From a bacterium (GTDB lineage Bacteria; Patescibacteriota; Minisyncoccia; Moranbacterales; UBA9337): a DNA stretch of 53,192 nucleotides. The notes beneath the pieces were generated by a model, which was given only the letters and a program-made list of their open reading frames with translations, had not been told where the DNA came from and made no database searches. Positions 39,237-48,163 of this stretch are shown here, piece by piece. The position numbers were made by a program, and so were the translations under genes. Every line of letters starts with the position of its first letter. Position 1 is the stretch's first letter. The stretch lies in contig JAGGSH010000010.1 in NCBI GenBank assembly GCA_021159185.1, forward strand, positions 1 to 53,192, in the 5' to 3' direction.

Positions 39237-39464
39237 TTATAATAGTTTTCTTAAGTGTCCTTTTGTTATTTCCGCTTGCCTTAAAATACTAAACAAGGTG
39301 CCTTTTTTCAATTCTTTAGCGTGCATAGGCACTGGAACAATTTTATTATTATCAGGATTGCTTAAAATCAAATGGCTGCCAGTCTGGCGACGTTCAATAA
39401 ATCCAAGTTTTCTCAAAACTTTAACTATTTGTTTTGGCTTAACTGCCGGCAATTCTTGAGACAT
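39237..39464 (-). CDS. hicA: HicA family toxin (mRNA interferase)
   Basis: LGF..RQTGSHLIL..VPMH..LKKGTLFSILRQA. Confidence 0.92.
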   Translation of the reverse strand: MSQELPAVKPKQIVKVLRKLGFIERRQTGSHLILSNPDNNKIVPVPMHAKELKKGTLFSILRQAEITKGHLRKLL

Positions 39465-39465
39465 A

Positions 39466-39729
39466 TTAAATGGTTTTTACTCTTCCTGCGGAATTTTCAG
39501 CAAATATTTCCGAAATTATCACACCCTGCCTTTCTATCGGGATTTCCTGCCTGCTTTTTCTTAAGACGCTCAAATAGCCAACCACGACATCTTTTGCCAT
39601 TTGCTGCGCCTCTTCAAACGATTCGCCTTGAGTAACACAACCCGGCAAAGCGGGAATATAAACCACATACCCGCCTTTTTCCGCCGGTTCAAAAATAGCT
39701 GTGTACTTATAAACTTTTTTCTTGATCAT
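39466..39729 (-). CDS. hicB: HicB family antitoxin (short, no DNA-binding tail)
   Basis: GGYVVYIPALPGCVTQGESFEEA. Confidence 0.92.
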   Translation of the reverse strand: MIKKKVYKYTAIFEPAEKGGYVVYIPALPGCVTQGESFEEAQQMAKDVVVGYLSVLRKSRQEIPIERQGVIISEIFAENSAGRVKTI

Positions 39730-39803
39730 ATTTTAGATTATTTAAGAATTAGCTTTCTATTCCCACTCTATCACAATTTATATTTCCCAGTCAAACCCTG
39801 AAT

Positions 39804-40847
39804 TTATGAAGCCCGAGCTTTACTTTTAACATTAGATGAAAGTTTTTTATTGATAATAATCAGCGCTGTGACCATAATAACAGCCACCAAAACTATGGTT
39901 ATTAACTTTCCGATGGTTCTGGTATTGAGAGCCACGACAGCGATTGAAAAAGTAACGGCGTAAAAAAATAAGGCGATTTTTCTCTGTGTCCAGCCCAGCT
40001 CCATCAGCTTGCGGTGCAAGTGGCGGGTATCCGACTTGAATATTGGGTTGCCCGCTTTAATTCTCTCTCCTATTACCCAAAAAACATCAATAACGGGTAT
40101 AGCCATAATTAGCAAAGCGGTGGCTATTTTAGTTCCGGCAAAAATAGCCAGCGCCGCCAGAGCAAAACCCATAAACATCGCTCCGCTGGTGCCCGCCATA
40201 ATTCTGGCCGGATAAAAATTAAAAATTAAAAAACCCAGCGCCGCCCCCGCTAATATCACAGCGATTATTCCCACCGGCGGCTGGTTGACTTCCGGGCTAA
40301 GACTCAAAAAAAATATGGTGAGGGCGCCGATAAAAGCCATTCCTCCGCTCAATCCGTCAATACCATCCAGCCAATTCATAGCATTCATCATAATTACCAG
40401 CCAAGCGATAACGAACAATAAGCTGGGAATAAGATATTTCCCCAAATTTAGAAAAACGACTCCGCCCAAAGGATTGGTAATATATTCTACTTGAACTCCC
40501 ATAATAAAAACGGAGATAGCGGCGCAAATTTGAAAAAACAACTGAGTTTTCCATTCAAGTTTCCAAAAATCATCCCAAAGTCCCACTGCCAGAATAAATA
40601 GTGATGCGGCAATTATTCCATAAAGCTGAGTAGTTATCACTAAATTCTGATCTGTTAAAATGGAAATTAAAAAAGCGGAAATTATCGCCGCCCCTCCCAG
40701 CCGGGAAACTTTTTTGGAATGAATATGCCGAGAAGATTTTCTCTTTCTGGTTTTTATTTTTTCGGAAAGTAAAATAAGCGCCAGTGACAACCCGGCCGCT
40801 ACTAAAAAAGATTTTAAAAACGGAATGATAAATAAATTGTAGTCCAT
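39804..40847 (-). CDS. MraY/WecA/TagO-family polyprenyl-phosphate GlcNAc-1-phosphate transferase
   Basis: SRLGG, GLWDD, NAMNWLDGIDGL, FNFYPARI, HLHRKL. Confidence 0.9.
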   Translation of the reverse strand: MDYNLFIIPFLKSFLVAAGLSLALILLSEKIKTRKRKSSRHIHSKKVSRLGGAAIISAFLISILTDQNLVITTQLYGIIAASLFILAVGLWDDFWKLEWKTQLFFQICAAISVFIMGVQVEYITNPLGGVVFLNLGKYLIPSLLFVIAWLVIMMNAMNWLDGIDGLSGGMAFIGALTIFFLSLSPEVNQPPVGIIAVILAGAALGFLIFNFYPARIMAGTSGAMFMGFALAALAIFAGTKIATALLIMAIPVIDVFWVIGERIKAGNPIFKSDTRHLHRKLMELGWTQRKIALFFYAVTFSIAVVALNTRTIGKLITIVLVAVIMVTALIIINKKLSSNVKSKARAS

Positions 40848-40858
40848 GGTTTTTTACT

Positions 40859-41013
40859 TGTCATTCCGGAATTTTCCGCAGCGATAGCGGAGGAAAATAT
40901 CCGGAATCTAGGATTAAGTTGTAGCGACATTTAAGTTAGTTGGTTATTTCATTACGCGTAGATTCCGGATATTTTTTCTTACGCTTCGCTTCAGAAAAAA
41001 TTCCGGAATGACA
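40859..41013. repeat. REP/REPIN-like palindrome family A (divergent spacer)
   Basis: Same termini. Confidence 0.9.
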
Positions 41014-41102
41014 CATAGTTTAATCCTTCAGACAAATTTCTTTTTCCCTTCTTTCCCTAGTTACCAATTACTAATTACCGATTACTGATCACTGATTACT
41101 GA

Positions 41103-42635
41103 TCACTTCTTCATCTTCTCTGTCACCCAAAATTCTCCGAAATATTTTTTAATTAAAATTCTGGTCTGTGAATCAATAGCTGGCATCGCTCCTAAAAACG
41201 GAGAGATAATCGGGACCAGAAACCACTGGAAAAACATATAGATATATTTTTTGCGCGAATATTTTTTAGGGCGGGGAGGCAAAAGAAAAAAACTTAAAAA
41301 CATAGAGATAATAAGCCCGGTCATAGCCAGAGTCATAAGATACCTGGTGACAAAAGGAAGATTATGCGCCAGAACACTTTCATTAAATATCGTTCCGCCG
41401 AAAATCAAAGGAAGCCATCCTAAAATCGCCAGAATAAAAGGAGCGGTCGCCCAGGAATGATGGCCTTCCAGCATTTCAACAGCTATTTTTATTTTACTGA
41501 AAAATTTTATTTTCTTGTCCGGCCAAATAGCGCGCATAATAACAGGAAAATTTTCTATTCCGTAAGCCCAGCGTCTTTTTTGTTTGTATTGATTTTTTAT
41601 CGTTTTCCAATAAGTTTCCGCCAAAACCGCGTCCAGAGAAATAGGAAGATAAATAGGTTTCACTTTATAATCCCCATGAAAATATGAAAAACATTTCCAA
41701 TAAATAATTGAGTCTTCGCTTATCATATTAATCGGCCAGAAATTCACTTTCACCAAAGTGTCAAACGGCTCGCTGTGGGAAGAAAAGGTCACCATTTCCT
41801 TTCGCGTGCTCTGAAACATATGCCAAAAAGATGAGCTGGTGACAATCACTCTCACAAAAGCGTTAGTATCCCAGATGTTATTATGATACATTGGCAGAGG
41901 CTGATAGGATCTTTGCAAACGCTTGGGGTCGCTAGCATAAGCGTAGGTGAGCGCGGCAAAATACTGGGGATGGCAAACGCTGTCGCAATCAAAGTTGGAA
42001 AAAATAACTTTTTTATAATCAATGTTTTTTTCGTCTAAATACTCCATTAATTTTTTAGCGGCAAAAGTGGCGTTGGAAGCTTTGCATTTCATTTCTCCCG
42101 TTTTTACTTTATGCGTGGTCACTAAAAAATCTTTAAATATCCCATCAAATTTATTTTTTAAATATTTAACTTTCTTTAAGCGATGTTTTTTATTCTCTCG
42201 CTCTTCTGTCGCCAAAAGAATTATGATTTGCTTATTGGGAAAATTACTGTCCGCTATCGCTTGAATAGACGGCTCTATAATTTCCGCCGCTTCCCCCGCC
42301 GTGGGAAGCAGTATCACATGAGTAATTTCTTTCCAGTCTAAAATTCGGCTCTTTTCTTTTTTTAGCAATCGGCAACGCTTCCACCAATCAATCTTTTTTC
42401 CTTTTTTAAGGCGGTGATAAGCGGCGATAGAATAAGAAGATATGAATATTGTTCGGCAAATCCAATAAATATCAAAAACGATAACAAAAACCGCCACCCA
42501 GACCGGCAGTAAAAAAGAAAAAAGAGGCATTCCAATAAGAGTAGCCCAAGTTAAGGCTCCCGGAATAATTTCCAAAATTCTTTGCCTTTTTTTCTCTTGA
42601 GGATTTTTAGTTTTGGGATTAGGAAAAGTAAACAT
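41103..42635 (-). CDS. Membrane glycosyltransferase family 2
   Basis: FDCDS (DxD), ISED, QKRRW motif, flanking TM helices. Confidence 0.85.
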   Translation of the reverse strand: MFTFPNPKTKNPQEKKRQRILEIIPGALTWATLIGMPLFSFLLPVWVAVFVIVFDIYWICRTIFISSYSIAAYHRLKKGKKIDWWKRCRLLKKEKSRILDWKEITHVILLPTAGEAAEIIEPSIQAIADSNFPNKQIIILLATEERENKKHRLKKVKYLKNKFDGIFKDFLVTTHKVKTGEMKCKASNATFAAKKLMEYLDEKNIDYKKVIFSNFDCDSVCHPQYFAALTYAYASDPKRLQRSYQPLPMYHNNIWDTNAFVRVIVTSSSFWHMFQSTRKEMVTFSSHSEPFDTLVKVNFWPINMISEDSIIYWKCFSYFHGDYKVKPIYLPISLDAVLAETYWKTIKNQYKQKRRWAYGIENFPVIMRAIWPDKKIKFFSKIKIAVEMLEGHHSWATAPFILAILGWLPLIFGGTIFNESVLAHNLPFVTRYLMTLAMTGLIISMFLSFFLLPPRPKKYSRKKYIYMFFQWFLVPIISPFLGAMPAIDSQTRILIKKYFGEFWVTEKMKK

Positions 42636-42645
42636 AAAATTCTAA

Positions 42646-42807
42646 CCTTCCTCTCCCCCTTTACTAAGGGGGGGGGATCCGCCCCGGGCGGAGAGGGGGT
42701 TTTTTAATTCAGGCTGGAGCTAAAAATTTACGCGCTCAATTATTTAACGCTTTTCAAATCCCCCTGCTTCGCTGCGCTTGCTTTCCCCCTTTTCCAAAGG
42801 GGGAGTT
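42646..42807. repeat. C/G-run palindromic element with nested GGATCCGCCCCGGGCGGA
   Basis: CTCCCCCTTT..AAGGGGG arms; related sequence at 19114-19150 and 50538-50570; the 18-mer at 42675-42692 is identical to 47438-47455. Confidence 0.65.
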
Positions 42808-42815
42808 TCAAATTA

Positions 42816-43256
42816 TTAATAATTTATCAATATTACGCTGGCTACCGCTATGGCGGAACTTAATTGGATCATAATGGAAGCTATCAATAAAATATAAGAA
42901 GCGACTCTTTCTTTTTTCTCGTAAAACCTCCGGGCTAAAAAAATATTCAGCAATGTGAGCGCTGTTGCCACCGCCGGCGCCAAATAAGCTTGCTGCCACT
43001 CTCCGACAAGATCCACCCCGAAATAAACATTGTAATGCAAAATTATGGAATAAGAACGGCTGCTATTAATAAAAACGGCTATTGCGATCCAATTAACTAT
43101 ATCCAAAACAGCCAGCGCTATTAAAATACAGCGAATAATATTATTTCCGAGAAATCCCCGGTTAAAAAAAGACCTGACTTTAAATTTCAGGCTAATGTTT
43201 TTTTGGTCTTTCTTTTTGTTTTTTAGAAAAATTTTAAATATTGAAATTTTGAACAT
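42816..43256 (-). CDS. Hypothetical membrane protein
   Basis: Three TM helices; ILHYNVYFGVDLVGEW motif. Confidence 0.75.
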   Translation of the reverse strand: MFKISIFKIFLKNKKKDQKNISLKFKVRSFFNRGFLGNNIIRCILIALAVLDIVNWIAIAVFINSSRSYSIILHYNVYFGVDLVGEWQQAYLAPAVATALTLLNIFLARRFYEKKERVASYILLIASIMIQLSSAIAVASVILINY

Positions 43257-43285
43257 TGGAATTTATTTAGAACACTTCCCGCTTC

Positions 43286-43873
43286 TCATATTTTAAACCC
43301 TTTAATTTTAATTTTATTAACAATTTCATTATGAGGATCTTTAATGAAATCAAGTATAAAACGATCCATCATATTAACGCGGTATTTTAATTCCTCGCTG
43401 CTCATTAGGACATATCTTATTTCCTTCCCCAGTTCCGCCTCAAGATTGCTTATTAAATTTTTAAGTTTCCGGCGATTGACATTATCCACCGCTAAAATCA
43501 AATCTGCCTTGCTTTTGGGATAATTCAAAAAAATTCCGCTAACCACCGCCAACTTAACATTTCCAACACTTTTTATTTTTTTTAAAATTTTGCATTGGGG
43601 ATAGGTATTGGATTTCGCCACCAAGCTTTTGAGTTCCGGTTGAAAAATAAAATCGGGATTTAAGCGATAGAATTTTTTTCTTTTTTTAGTTTTTTCAATA
43701 ATAAATTTTATCTTTTTAAAATTTTTTATTTCCCGCTTGGCATCAGTAACTTTAAGCATATTTTTCTTAGCCGCTTCCGCTATTGAATATTCTTGATCGG
43801 GATTAAGCAAAAAAAAGCGAAGCATTCTTGCTTTGGATTTTGACCCAAATAAACTTTCTAATATTTCAGCCAT
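43286..43873 (-). CDS. wHTH plus nucleotidyltransferase-like fold protein (putative regulator)
   Basis: LFGSKSKARMLRFFLLNP N-terminus; SGIF..ADLILAVD..LEAELGKEIRY. Confidence 0.7.
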   Translation of the reverse strand: MAEILESLFGSKSKARMLRFFLLNPDQEYSIAEAAKKNMLKVTDAKREIKNFKKIKFIIEKTKKRKKFYRLNPDFIFQPELKSLVAKSNTYPQCKILKKIKSVGNVKLAVVSGIFLNYPKSKADLILAVDNVNRRKLKNLISNLEAELGKEIRYVLMSSEELKYRVNMMDRFILDFIKDPHNEIVNKIKIKGFKI

Positions 43874-43905
43874 ATTTTTAATTTATCTTTAAGGAAAGTG
43901 TAATA

Positions 43906-44178
43906 CTAAAGCCGTGAAAAGTAAACCCCATTAGAAAAATGATGGCTAGTCAAATTGCCGAGAGGTATTCCTTTGCATGGTTCTTTATTACAGCTTCTGA
44001 TTATTTCTTCAATGATATTTAGAAGTTTGGCGTCTTTTATTTTTTCCCTAATCAGTGACAGTAAAATCTCATGGTCAATAGAATCAAAGAATTTTTTAAC
44101 ATCGCATTTCAGTGCCCAAGCGGTTCTGGTTTTATTCCTTGTTAGCGTTAAGCAAAATTTTTTCAGCCGTTTTATAGC
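43906..44178 (-). pseudogene. Reverse transcriptase fragment (DGR-type; motifs 3-4 only, no start codon, no YxDD)
   Basis: Manual translation AIKRLKKFCLTLTRNKTRTAWALKCDVKKFFDSIDHEILLSLIREKIKDAKLLNIIEEII...KGIPLGNLTSHHFSN; not in the ORF track. Confidence 0.9.
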
Positions 44179-44285
44179 TTAGTCCAGTGAGGTCACGCTA
44201 AAAAAGCCCGCCAAATTTAGGCGGATCAAAGACTGCGAGCCTGTCCGTCGAAGCAAGCTTGTGATTTTATACAGGCTTTGTGAAA

Positions 44286-46385
44286 CTAGCGAAGGCGGGA
44301 AAAAGCAACGCCAAGGTCGTCATTGGAATAGTCAGGCCTGTCGCTGTACACCAACACACCGTCCGAATCAAAAGACCCGACATGCACAAGCTGGCCACCC
44401 GAATCACGGCCGGCAGTCCAGGAATACATATTTTTAAACAGTCTTTCTTCATTATTCTTAAAATAAGCTAGAATATCATACATAAACTCCACTGGTGATT
44501 GTCTTGTGAGTCTGGTAATTTGCAACCCCTCCAGCATTTTTGTTGCCTCCTGCCAATTATCGTCCATAAGCTTTCCGATTTTTCCTTTCTGCTCGGCAAA
44601 TTCTTTAATAGCTTCCTGAAATTCTTTCGGGATAGTTTTACCCTCAAAAACTTGCTCTTTGAGGTAATTAACAATGCTTTCCGTTTGTTCCAGATAATTT
44701 TTACTATTGGAATCGGGAATTATTTCCTTGCTGGTTAATGCCCAAGAAAGCTTTGGAGAATTATCAGTGAAAAATTCTTCTTCTTTATGCCAATCCGTAT
44801 CCCAGAAAATTTTTCCGTGTCCGTCTTTTTCAAAATCTTCAGAAAGCAGTTCTTGCATTTTTTTCATGGACAAAACTGTTCCGTCTTTCGCTTTATCCAC
44901 CCTTAAAATCAAGAATTGCCCCAGCTCCTTGGCTTTTTCTAATTCTTCTTTGGAAAACAGGATTTTCGGAATATCTTCCGCTTTCAGTTTTATGTTAAAC
45001 GCTTTTTCAATTTCATCGGGACCCAAAACATCTTGCTTGCCTAAAATTTCCTTGGCATTTTTAATTTGCTCTGAAAGTTCTCCGCTTAAACCCTCTTTTT
45101 TTTCTTCAAAAAATCCCTCAGGAACTTTTCCGCTTTCCTCTATCCTCTTCCTTATTTTTTCTATTTCAACCAAAGTCTTTTCTTTTTCCAATTCTTCAGG
45201 CGTGGCCGCTTTGCTTTCGCGTTCAATACCTTTTCGTTTTGATTCTATGGGTTGCGCATATTCAATCGCGTTAATAAGCTCAAACAACTTTTGCCTGTCC
45301 GCCTCGTCTTCCAGTTTGTTCACATAAAAATATTTCAGAGCTTCCTTCCAAACCGCGTTTATATCACCCCGATAAAAATTCTGGATGAACTTGAGAACTC
45401 GTTGCGGTTCCATGCGGTCATCATACATGAATGTCTGCGGTTGGTCTTGAGCAATCTTCCTGTTTTTCAGAAGCTCTTTGGCGGCATAATGAAACTCTTT
45501 GTATTTTTCCACTAATTCTTTCATGCCTGGAATTTCCCGAAGCTCTTCGATGGGAATTTCCGTTTCATTTGAAGTCAAAAACTTTTCAGGAACCGCTTCC
45601 TTTGTTTCTGGCTTCAAACGAAACATCATATCCACTGAACCTGAAAAAGTGTCTTTTGGCAATTCGGTAACCTCTTTTTGATATACCCATCGGCGAAGCT
45701 GGGCGGGGTCAAGCGGCTGGCGGTCCAGAAACCCTTTGCCCGGAGGATTGGTTAGAGCGATAATCTTCGTGCGAGACCTGTCTACTTTCACTCTTTCAGA
45801 AGCGTCTTCCGCTAAAACAACTTCTCCGTTCTTTTCCAATTCGTCCAAAACTTCGTGGAGACGAATAATGATGTTTGGATTGGCAGAGTTGTATTCATCC
45901 AAAATTATGACTCTGATTTTTTCATCGTCTTGGCGAAGACCTTGAGTCACAGGGCCATCCGCCCATTTGTATTCCGGGTCATTGGCCGTTTTTCTTTCAG
46001 GGTTAGGGATATATCTGCCCATCATATCTTCCACATCAGTCGTTCCGTTCAGGTTTTTATAATACACTTCCCAGCCCAGCTCGGCGCACATTTTTCTGAC
46101 TGTCGTGGTTTTCCCGATGCTGGTTCCGCCCTCAATAAGAATCGGCTGGTTAAGCTTGAAAGCGGTAGCGATTTTTTTCTGAAGTTCCAGGGAGAAGTCG
46201 TCGTTTATATAAATTTTGTCATAAGTTTCTTTTTTAGGGCAAAATTCTCCACCCTTTCCTTTGGGAAGCTCCACACCCAAATAAGCCACTGAATTTTCTG
46301 TTTCCGCAATGGGAGTATCTTTTTTCTTGTCAAAACCGCCCGCATTGAATTTTGCCGATTCGTTTTTCATATTTATTTTCTCCAT
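44286..46385 (-). CDS. MoxR/AAA_5 ATPase fused to a C-terminal domain ending in a DGR-type variable region
   Basis: GGTSIGKT Walker A, IILDEYN Walker B, TNPP..LDPAQLRRW; C-terminus YSWT..LVHVGSFDSDG..LGVAFSR. Confidence 0.85.
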   Translation of the reverse strand: MEKINMKNESAKFNAGGFDKKKDTPIAETENSVAYLGVELPKGKGGEFCPKKETYDKIYINDDFSLELQKKIATAFKLNQPILIEGGTSIGKTTTVRKMCAELGWEVYYKNLNGTTDVEDMMGRYIPNPERKTANDPEYKWADGPVTQGLRQDDEKIRVIILDEYNSANPNIIIRLHEVLDELEKNGEVVLAEDASERVKVDRSRTKIIALTNPPGKGFLDRQPLDPAQLRRWVYQKEVTELPKDTFSGSVDMMFRLKPETKEAVPEKFLTSNETEIPIEELREIPGMKELVEKYKEFHYAAKELLKNRKIAQDQPQTFMYDDRMEPQRVLKFIQNFYRGDINAVWKEALKYFYVNKLEDEADRQKLFELINAIEYAQPIESKRKGIERESKAATPEELEKEKTLVEIEKIRKRIEESGKVPEGFFEEKKEGLSGELSEQIKNAKEILGKQDVLGPDEIEKAFNIKLKAEDIPKILFSKEELEKAKELGQFLILRVDKAKDGTVLSMKKMQELLSEDFEKDGHGKIFWDTDWHKEEEFFTDNSPKLSWALTSKEIIPDSNSKNYLEQTESIVNYLKEQVFEGKTIPKEFQEAIKEFAEQKGKIGKLMDDNWQEATKMLEGLQITRLTRQSPVEFMYDILAYFKNNEERLFKNMYSWTAGRDSGGQLVHVGSFDSDGVLVYSDRPDYSNDDLGVAFSRLR
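44295..44420 (-). repeat. Putative DGR variable repeat VR1
   Basis: Homologous to 47073-47203; many differences fall at codon positions 1-2 with the third base fixed. Confidence 0.75.
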
Positions 46386-46774
46386 GTTAAACCAATCAGT
46401 TTCAGCAAACTTTTATTGCTTTTTTCAATCTGATTAAGATTTTCCTCCGTAATTAAAATTAAAACTGCTCCCGTTTGATAATTGGGATTAGCCACCAAAT
46501 TATCATTGCCGTCATACGCGTTAATTTGTCCTGTCGGATATTGGGCAAGAATGTTATAGATATTGTTTCCCAGTTCATTTTTCAGAACAAAGTAAGCCTT
46601 GTCGCCGCTTCTTACGGCATTGAATATCTCCCTGACATTTTGGGTTTTCTGAAAACCAAATTCGGATGCTTTGTTTTCCAATTTTTCCAATTCTTTCTCA
46701 TTGCCAGCTATCGCTAAACTAGCTTCTTTTGAAGAAATTGCCAGCTGTAAGAATTTTTTTATTTCATTTTGCAT
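46373..46774 (-). CDS. Hypothetical protein (133 aa) overlapping the start of the AAA gene
   Basis: Intact ORF overlapping the 46385 start. Confidence 0.7.
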   Translation of the reverse strand: MQNEIKKFLQLAISSKEASLAIAGNEKELEKLENKASEFGFQKTQNVREIFNAVRSGDKAYFVLKNELGNNIYNILAQYPTGQINAYDGNDNLVANPNYQTGAVLILITEENLNQIEKSNKSLLKLIGLTWRK

Positions 46775-47036
46775 CTATTTTATACTTTCAAAATAATTAT
46801 TTAATGTTTTTCTTATATAATTTCTTCCCCGGCCGGTTTTTAAATATCTCTCCCTTTTCATTGCATCCTTCTTATTCAGATATGCCTCATAATAAATTAA
46901 TTTCCATGGAATTCCAAATTTTGTAAATTTGCTTTTTTCCTTCATTGTGTTCCAATAATCTTTTTCTTAAATCATTTGTAAGTCCTGTGTATAATTTTTC
47001 TATTTTTTTGCTTTGCAGAATATAGACATAGTACAT
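46775..47036 (-). pseudogene. GIY-YIG nuclease, +1 frameshift in an A6 run
   Basis: MYYVYILQS..LYTGLTNDLRKRLLEHNEGK / SKFTKFGIPWKLIYYEAY..DAMKRERYLKTGRGR*; not in the ORF track. Confidence 0.85.
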
Positions 47037-47072
47037 ATATTTTCATGCGTCAAATTATCAAATAGTCAAATC

Positions 47073-48151
47073 TCAAAGACTGCGGGAGAAAGCGACACCA
47101 AGGTCGCCAAGGGAATAGCCAGACCTGAACCTACCTTCACACCATCCAAATTAAAACCACCGACATACACAAGCCTGCCATCCAAAGCACGGCGGGCAGT
47201 CCAACTATATCTATTCTCCAATATCCGTTCGCCTTTGTTTTGAAAATAAATTGCGATGTCATATAAAACTTCGGCTGGATTTTGTCTGGTTAATTAGTTT
47301 ATTTTTAGATTGCTTAGTTTTTCGGCTGCCTCTTTCCAGTCTGAAAACATCAATTTTTCTATTTCGCCTTTCTCTTTTTCAAATTCGTCTATTGCCTCTT
47401 GATAAATTACCGGTATTTCTCCTTTTCCGCCCAAGGCGGATCCGCCCCGGGCGGAAAAAACTTGGTTCTTGAGATAATTTAACATTTCTTCCGTTTGCTG
47501 GAGATAATTTTTGCCGGTTGAATTCGGAATCACTTCTTTGCTAACTAGCGCCCAAGACAATCTTGGAGTTTCATCTTTGATAAAATCCTCACTTTTATAC
47601 CACGCATCGCTTTTGATTTCCCCTTTGCCGTCGTCTGAATATAGGAGCTTGCTTCCATCGGAAACTTTACCCTTGAGAATTTCATTTATTTTTTGAAGTG
47701 TAAGCGGTTTTCCGTCTGGCGCTTTATCAGACCGCAGAACTAAAAACTGGCTTAACTCTTTCGCTCTTTCCAATTCCTCCCTGGAAAATGGAATCTCCGG
47801 AACATCTTCGGGACTGATTCTTATTCCGAAGGCTTTTTCCACTTCCTGAAATCCAAAAAATTCTTCACCCATAACTTCCTTTGCCATGTCCGTTTGCTCC
47901 TGCGCGGTTCCTTCAATCTTCTTTTCTGATGAAATACCCAAAGACATTTCAATCTGCTTGTATTTGTTTAGAACTTCTTTTAATTCGAAAATCTCCAAGC
48001 TCTCAAGGCCTCTGCCTATGGTAATTTCGCCTATTTCTTTCTTTAGTTCGGCAGCTTTTTGAAGTTCGAAAACTTCTTCCATCTCTTTCTCTGGACTGGC
48101 AGGCATTTTATCGTCTTTTTTTCCACCGAACAAAGCTTCAAATTTTTCCAT
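47073..48151 (-). pseudogene. Second DGR target paralog: in-frame TAA at 47294 and a frameshift in the variable region
   Basis: Aligns to the C-terminal domain of 44286-46385; reads on past the TAA as LTRQNPAEVLYDI...YSWTARRALDGRLVYVGGF and ends ...GDLGVAFSRSL* in a shifted frame. Confidence 0.85.
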
Positions 48152-48163
48152 ACTTTAATTATA

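Noticed and set aside
43906-44178. Functional RT, retron or group II intron
   Set aside because: Only ~85 aa, no start codon, no YxDD motif, and no intron or msr-msd structure recognised
43955-44182. Plus-strand 75-aa ORF in the track
   Set aside because: Antisense shadow of the RT fragment
47073-47203. Second repeat as the DGR template repeat
   Set aside because: It lacks AAY codons at most variable positions and is the tail of a long paralogous coding sequence, so it behaves as a VR
47294-47296. Stop-codon recoding (genetic code 25) explaining the interrupted gene
   Set aside because: The stop is TAA, and conserved genes in the window translate fully under the standard code
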